The translations under genes and the position numbers were made by a program. Positions 27,136 to 32,000 of a DNA stretch of 32,000 nucleotides are shown here, piece after piece. Under the pieces are notes generated by a model that was not told where the DNA came from, searched no databases, and saw nothing but the letters and a program-made list of their open reading frames with translations. The DNA is from Candidatus Nanopusillus acidilobi (lineage in GTDB: Archaea; Nanobdellota; Nanobdellia; Nanobdellales; Nanobdellaceae). Where the stretch lies: the NCBI GenBank assembly GCA_001552015.1, contig CP010514.1:510001-542000 (forward strand). Direction: 5' to 3'. How positions within the stretch are numbered: the first letter of the stretch is position 1; every line of letters begins with the position of its first letter.

Positions 27136-27654
27136 ATGAAATCTATACATATTTACATTGAATATATTTTAATAATCCTATTATCTGTATTTACATTTTA
27201 TTTTGTTTTTACATGGTGGAACAATAATAAAATATATGCAATAAATTTCAATAATCAAAATAAATTTCAATATGATTCAAATTATATAGAAAATGTATTA
27301 AATAATTTAGAAGATGACTTATATTTTAATATAAATTTTAATTTAAATGGATATTATATATATTGTTTAAATAATTTAACATTAATTAAATCAAATAATT
27401 TTTGTAAAACAACATTAAATAATCTAACATATCAGGGGGAATTAATATATTCATATGGAAACTATTATGTATATGATCCAAAGATGAATGGATATTATTT
27501 ATTAGAAAACAATAATAATATTACATTGTATGGATGTTTTGAGAATTATTTATCATTAATAATATTGACAAATAATTGTACAGGAGTATGTTATGGGAAT
27601 TGTAATTTAAATATAGTTAAAAATCAAACATCAATTTATTCAATAATACAATGA
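27136..27654 (+). CDS. Putative pilin-like/pseudopilin protein (single N-terminal TM)
   Basis: 172 aa; 'MKSIHIYIEYILIILLSVFTFYFVF' resembles a type IV pilin N-terminus (Glu within the hydrophobic stretch); upstream of the secretion ATPase; several Cys and N-x-S/T sites. Confidence 0.6.
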   Translation: MKSIHIYIEYILIILLSVFTFYFVFTWWNNNKIYAINFNNQNKFQYDSNYIENVLNNLEDDLYFNINFNLNGYYIYCLNNLTLIKSNNFCKTTLNNLTYQGELIYSYGNYYVYDPKMNGYYLLENNNNITLYGCFENYLSLIILTNNCTGVCYGNCNLNIVKNQTSIYSIIQ

Positions 27655-27890
27655 AAACTCAATTATTATTAGAACAAGTATTATTTATTTTTTTGGTTTT
27701 ATTATTTATATCTGGTTCTTTAATATTTTATTATAACTATCTAAATAATTTAAATTATAAAAATTCATTAATAAAAAACCAAATATATAATTTAACATTG
27801 GAAGATGCAAAATTAAATAATCAATCAAATTTATTCTATTATCAAGGTTATTACTATCCAGTTGGTACTATAATAATTAAAAATTCATAG
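27651..27890 (+). CDS. Small putative pilin-like protein
   Basis: 79 aa; 'MKTQLLLEQVLFIFLVLLFISGSLIFYY' with Glu early in the hydrophobic segment; overlaps the previous gene by 4 nt. Confidence 0.6.
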   Translation: MKTQLLLEQVLFIFLVLLFISGSLIFYYNYLNNLNYKNSLIKNQIYNLTLEDAKLNNQSNLFYYQGYYYPVGTIIIKNS

Positions 27891-27905
27891 ATAGGTTAAA
27901 ATTAT

Positions 27906-29453
27906 ATGAAAAAAATTGTTGCAGAAGAAATATTAAAATATTTTGATAATGAAATAAAAAATGAATCTTTTATACCAAATATAAAATCCGATATTGATAA
28001 ATCAAAAATTGATATAATTTATCCACTAATTGGGAAACTTGCATATGCACATGTTTATTATGATAATATATCTGAAGAACTTGTATATGAATTATTAGAG
28101 CCTGAATTATCTGATGAAGAAAGAATACTAATAGAAAAAATAAAACAATATGTTTTGGATGAAATGTACAAAGATCCTGAAGAATTTCTAAATAAAAATA
28201 AAGAATATGTATTAATAAAGAAATTGGAAGAATTTGTAAATAGATATAAGATAAAAATAAATAGAGATATGTTCATAAAATATTATTATTATTTATGGAG
28301 AGACATGCTGGGATTTGAAAAAATTCATCCATTATTTTATGATATATTTATTGAAGATATTTCATGTGATGGATATGATATACCAATATATGTACATCAT
28401 AATAAATTTGGAATATTAAGGACAAATATAATTTTATCTAGGGATGAATTAGATAAATTTATAGTAAAATTAGCTCAAAAGGCTGGAAAACATATATCAT
28501 ATGCAGAACCAATTCTAGATGCAACATTACCAGATGGATCAAGAATAAATGCAACATACTCACAAGAAATTACTACACAGGGTCCAACATTTACAATAAG
28601 AAAATTCAAAAAACAGATGCTATCATTAGTAGATCTAATAAAATTAAATATGCTAGATTCTGAAATTGCTGCATATTTATGGACATTAGTAGAATATAGA
28701 GCAAATATATTAATTGCAGGTTCTACATCTTCTGGAAAAACTACATTATTAAATTCAATTGCACAATTTATACCACCAGAAGCAAAGGTAATATCTATTG
28801 AAGATACAAGAGAATTACAGTTATATCATGAAAATTGGATTCCTGCAACAACAAGAAAAGGTTTCTTTGTTGGAGATAAATATTATGGGGAAATTGATAT
28901 GTATAAATTACTATCAGAATCTTTTAGACAAAACCCAGATTATGTAATTGTTGGAGAAGTAAGAGGAGAGGAAGCATATGTAATGTTCCAGGGTATGGCT
29001 TCTGGTCATTCTGCACTATCAACTATACATACTGATAGCTGGAGAGCATTAATAAGAAGATTAACAACAGCACCAATTAATTTAACTCCAGATCATATTG
29101 CATTATTAGATGCTGTAATATTTGCAATGAGAGCAAGGAATATTTCTCCATCTGCTAGAAGAATAAGGGAAATTATTGAAGTAGGAAAATATTTAAATGG
29201 AAAGATTGAAAATGAAACAGTCGTAAAATGGAATTTTGAAGATGATACATTTGAGAAAAAAGATCTTGGAAAATATACTGAAGAAACATTAAAATATAGG
29301 GTTGGATCGAATATAAGTTTTAAGGATTCAATAGAAGAGAAAAAAGAGGTAATAGATTATTTAGTAAATAAAAATATAAGAGAAAATAAAAAAATTGCTG
29401 AATATATAAAGCTATATTATACAGATAAAGATTCTTTATTGAAAAAAATATGA
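27906..29453 (+). CDS. Type II/IV secretion (GspE/TadA/FlaI-like) ATPase
   Basis: 515 aa; Walker A 'AGSTSSGKTTLLNS', Asp box 'VISIEDTRELQL', Walker B-like 'YVIVGEVRGEEAYVMFQGMASGHSALSTIHTDSWRALIRRL'. Confidence 0.95.
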   Translation: MKKIVAEEILKYFDNEIKNESFIPNIKSDIDKSKIDIIYPLIGKLAYAHVYYDNISEELVYELLEPELSDEERILIEKIKQYVLDEMYKDPEEFLNKNKEYVLIKKLEEFVNRYKIKINRDMFIKYYYYLWRDMLGFEKIHPLFYDIFIEDISCDGYDIPIYVHHNKFGILRTNIILSRDELDKFIVKLAQKAGKHISYAEPILDATLPDGSRINATYSQEITTQGPTFTIRKFKKQMLSLVDLIKLNMLDSEIAAYLWTLVEYRANILIAGSTSSGKTTLLNSIAQFIPPEAKVISIEDTRELQLYHENWIPATTRKGFFVGDKYYGEIDMYKLLSESFRQNPDYVIVGEVRGEEAYVMFQGMASGHSALSTIHTDSWRALIRRLTTAPINLTPDHIALLDAVIFAMRARNISPSARRIREIIEVGKYLNGKIENETVVKWNFEDDTFEKKDLGKYTEETLKYRVGSNISFKDSIEEKKEVIDYLVNKNIRENKKIAEYIKLYYTDKDSLLKKI

Positions 29454-30283
29454 ATTTTTTAGTAAAAAAACTATACCCATATTTTAAGGATAAAAAATAT
29501 GATATATTTTATACGCAATTTAAAACTTCAATTGAAGATTATATAAAAACAACATTAGAATACTCTTTCTTAACTTTTTTCTTATCTTTTCTATCTTTAT
29601 CATTAATATTTATTTTCTATCTAAATTTCTATAATATAGTATTATTTTCTGTAAGTATACTATTTGGGATTATTGTTGGTTTTTTAACATTTATTTATTT
29701 TTATATTTATCCATCATTAGCAAAAGCTGATTATATAAAAGATATAGAAGATAATTTACCATTCTTTGCATTATACTTTTATTCATATTCAGGTTCCCAA
29801 ATGAATATAATAGATATATTTAAATTATTAAATAAAGAAAAAAGATTTGGAGCAATAAATAAAGAAATTTCATATTTATTAATATTGATTAATAATTTTG
29901 GATATGATATTTTATCTGCATTATTAGAATTAGCTCAAAAAACTCCTTCAGAAAAATTCAAGGAATTTCTATATGGATTAATATCAGTAATTAGATCTGG
30001 AGGTTCTTTAAAAGATTTTGCAAGAATATATGCAAAACAAAATTTAGAAGATTATGAATTACAATTAAAGGAATATAATGAAAAAGTTAACTTATGGGTA
30101 ACATTATATGCATTTTTCTTTATAACATTCCCAATGGTATTACTAATTTTAGCATTTCTATTTTCAATTGCATCAGGAAATATGAATATTTTAAATTCAT
30201 TATTATTTTTCTTTATTGTAATTATACCATTTTCATATATTACATACTTATATATGATACATATATATCAACCAAAGATTTAG
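29450..30283 (+). CDS. Type II secretion F-like (TadC/FlaJ-like) membrane protein, single-module
   Basis: 277 aa, 4 hydrophobic segments around a cytoplasmic helical region 'LISVIRSGGSLKDFARIYAKQNLEDYELQLKEYNEKVNLWV'; 4-nt overlap with the ATPase gene. Confidence 0.8.
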   Translation: MNFLVKKLYPYFKDKKYDIFYTQFKTSIEDYIKTTLEYSFLTFFLSFLSLSLIFIFYLNFYNIVLFSVSILFGIIVGFLTFIYFYIYPSLAKADYIKDIEDNLPFFALYFYSYSGSQMNIIDIFKLLNKEKRFGAINKEISYLLILINNFGYDILSALLELAQKTPSEKFKEFLYGLISVIRSGGSLKDFARIYAKQNLEDYELQLKEYNEKVNLWVTLYAFFFITFPMVLLILAFLFSIASGNMNILNSLLFFFIVIIPFSYITYLYMIHIYQPKI

Positions 30284-30450
30284 AAATTAACAAATCCTTT
30301 CTTTGCTAAATCAATTGCTTCCTTTTTTAATTTTCTAAAACATGATATATGAAAAATCATTTTTTCTCCATTTAAATTTAATATTTTATATTTTTCATTA
30401 TCATATACGGGTCTATTACAATATTTGCATTCCCCAATCTTATTTGCCAT
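30280..30450 (-). CDS. Small putative zinc-binding protein, not in the supplied ORF track
   Basis: 56 codons: MANKIGECKYCNRPVYDNEKYKILNLNGEKMIFHISCFRKLKKEAIDLAKKGFVNF*; CxxC...HxxC arrangement; lies between EF-2 and the pilus operon. Confidence 0.65.
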   Translation of the reverse strand: MANKIGECKYCNRPVYDNEKYKILNLNGEKMIFHISCFRKLKKEAIDLAKKGFVNF

Positions 30451-30480
30451 AAAAAATAATTATTTTTATTATATAAAAAT

Positions 30481-32000
30481 TTAGTGAACCCCTTCAGGTA
30501 TTCCCTTTCTTTTCCTAATAGAATCTATTATTTGCTGTTGTAAATCTTTTGGTACTTTTTCATATACCTGATCTTCTAAGAACCAAACACCCTTTCCAGA
30601 TGTTGCAGATCTTAATTCATCTGTAAATCCAAACATATTTGCTACAGGTACTTTTGCTTTAATTGTTGCTCTTTCTTCTTCAATATTCATTTCCAATATT
30701 TGTCCTCTCCTTGACTGTAATATAGATGTTACATCTCCAACAGTTTCTGGAGGAGTATCAATTCTTATAACCTGCAATGGTTCATATAATGTTGGTTGTT
30801 CAAGAATAGCACTCTTAATTGCATCCTTTGTTGCAGGAATTATTTGAGCAGGACCTCTATGAATTGCATCTTCATGTAATACTGCATCAATCAATTTTAC
30901 TTTCATCATTATACCAGGTTCCCATGCTAATGGACCCTGATCCATTACTTCCTTAAATCCTTCTACAATATATTCTATTACTTCTGGTAAATGAACAATA
31001 CCCCTTGTCATATCAATCAATACATTTCCATTTTGTACCATTATAATTCTCCTTGCTTCTTCTTTATCAAATCCAATTTCATTAAATACTTTCCATAAAT
31101 CTTCCTTTTTAATCCTTCCTTCAGGTAATTTTCCTTCTCTAATATATTCCCTCATTTTTTCATATATTTCATATGGTAAAGGCTCAATTTGTATATATAT
31201 TTTATTATGTTTGTTTGGAGATTTCCCTTCATATACTTGTGTAACTCCATTAACAGATTCTCTATAAATTACTATTGGATCTCCAACCTTTACAGGTATT
31301 CCAAAATCGTTTTGTACTCTATATTCTATTATTTGTAAATGCAAATCTCCTAAACCAGATACTAAAATCTCTCCAGTATCCTTTTTCTGTTCAACTTTTA
31401 TTGTAGGATCTTCTCTTGTTAATAGATCCAATGTTTCAATTAATTTTGGTAGATCATTTGGATTCTTAGGTTCAAATGATTTTGTAACTACAGGATCTAA
31501 CCAATGTTTCATTTCTTCAAATGTTTCAACATTTTTTGGATCTTGAACTTTTCCAACAATTGTTTCTCCTGGATATAATCCTCTTATCCCAACTAAGGCA
31601 ATTATATTACCAGCCTTTACAGAATCTACATTTATTCTTTGTATTCCCTTCCATACAGCAACCTGTTGTATTTTTATTTGTTTTCCAGCTTGAATTAAAT
31701 ATACATCATCACCTTTTGATAATGTACCTGAAAATATTCTTGCAGTTGCAATTTCTTGCTTTGATACTTTATCAATTATTACATTTGTTACATTTATTAC
31801 TATTGGTCCATTTGAATCTAAATTTAACATTGCTTTTCCAATATCTGAATTTACATCTCCCTTCCATATATGAGGAATTCTATATTTTTGCGCTTCAATT
31901 GGAGAAGGTAAATGCCTTATAACCATATCTAATACAACTTTTGCGACAGGTGCCTTTTTTCTCATTTCTTCCTTTAATTTCTCTTTATCTTCTGAATATT
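30481..32000 (-). CDS. fusA: Elongation factor 2 (aEF-2), C-terminal part; runs off the right edge
   Basis: The ORF stays open upstream of the listed Met (…YSEDKEKLKEEMRKKAPVAKVVLDMV) to position 32000. 'DMVIRHLPSPIEAQKYRIPHIWKGD', 'NVTNVIIDK', 'LHEDAIHRGPAQIIPATKDAI' are aEF-2 motifs. Confidence 0.94.
   Translation of the reverse strand, partial: YSEDKEKLKEEMRKKAPVAKVVLDMVIRHLPSPIEAQKYRIPHIWKGDVNSDIGKAMLNLDSNGPIVINVTNVIIDKVSKQEIATARIFSGTLSKGDDVYLIQAGKQIKIQQVAVWKGIQRINVDSVKAGNIIALVGIRGLYPGETIVGKVQDPKNVETFEEMKHWLDPVVTKSFEPKNPNDLPKLIETLDLLTREDPTIKVEQKKDTGEILVSGLGDLHLQIIEYRVQNDFGIPVKVGDPIVIYRESVNGVTQVYEGKSPNKHNKIYIQIEPLPYEIYEKMREYIREGKLPEGRIKKEDLWKVFNEIGFDKEEARRIIMVQNGNVLIDMTRGIVHLPEVIEYIVEGFKEVMDQGPLAWEPGIMMKVKLIDAVLHEDAIHRGPAQIIPATKDAIKSAILEQPTLYEPLQVIRIDTPPETVGDVTSILQSRRGQILEMNIEEERATIKAKVPVANMFGFTDELRSATSGKGVWFLEDQVYEKVPKDLQQQIIDSIRKRKGIPEGVH

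Noticed and set aside
30481-31965. ORF 30481-31965 as a complete short EF-2-like protein
   Set aside because: The frame stays open upstream of the listed Met to the window edge (…YSEDKEKLKEEM…) and the sequence starts mid-domain, so it is the C-terminal part of a normal EF-2 cut by the window.

Overview
This window looks like an AT-rich archaeal chromosome segment, probably from a reduced nanoarchaeote/DPANN-type organism. The lineage is inferred from gene content, compactness and codon usage. Housekeeping genes: TruD (partial), TrpRS, SecY, EMC3/DUF106, ribosomal proteins L34e and L14e, YjbQ, AlaX, an ATP-cone protein, FEN-1, a GT35 phosphorylase-like protein, GlyRS, RNase J and EF-2 (partial). 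There are two intron-less tRNA genes, Ser(CGA) and Ala(CGC). The most interesting region is about 16.7-30.3 kb. It holds a tandem array of three large secreted proteins with DUF2341-like and lectin-like units: a conserved N-terminal module, a variable core, and a conserved '(A/V)R.YPPN..MPSI' end. Long, apparently exact direct repeats (580, 372 and 297 bp), a domain inserted into another domain, and a truncated C-terminal remnant suggest recent or ongoing recombination. Next to it is a pilus-like secretion operon with two pilin-like proteins, a GspE-type ATPase and a single-module TadC/FlaJ-like protein. Other notable observations are an endonuclease-IV-like TIM barrel with a roughly 300-residue insertion, a GT35 phosphorylase homologue with Arg where the PLP Schiff-base Lys should be, a translation/secretion cluster lacking adk and cmk, and two small ORFs missing from the supplied ORF track. 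I found no CRISPR array, transposase or known defence system.
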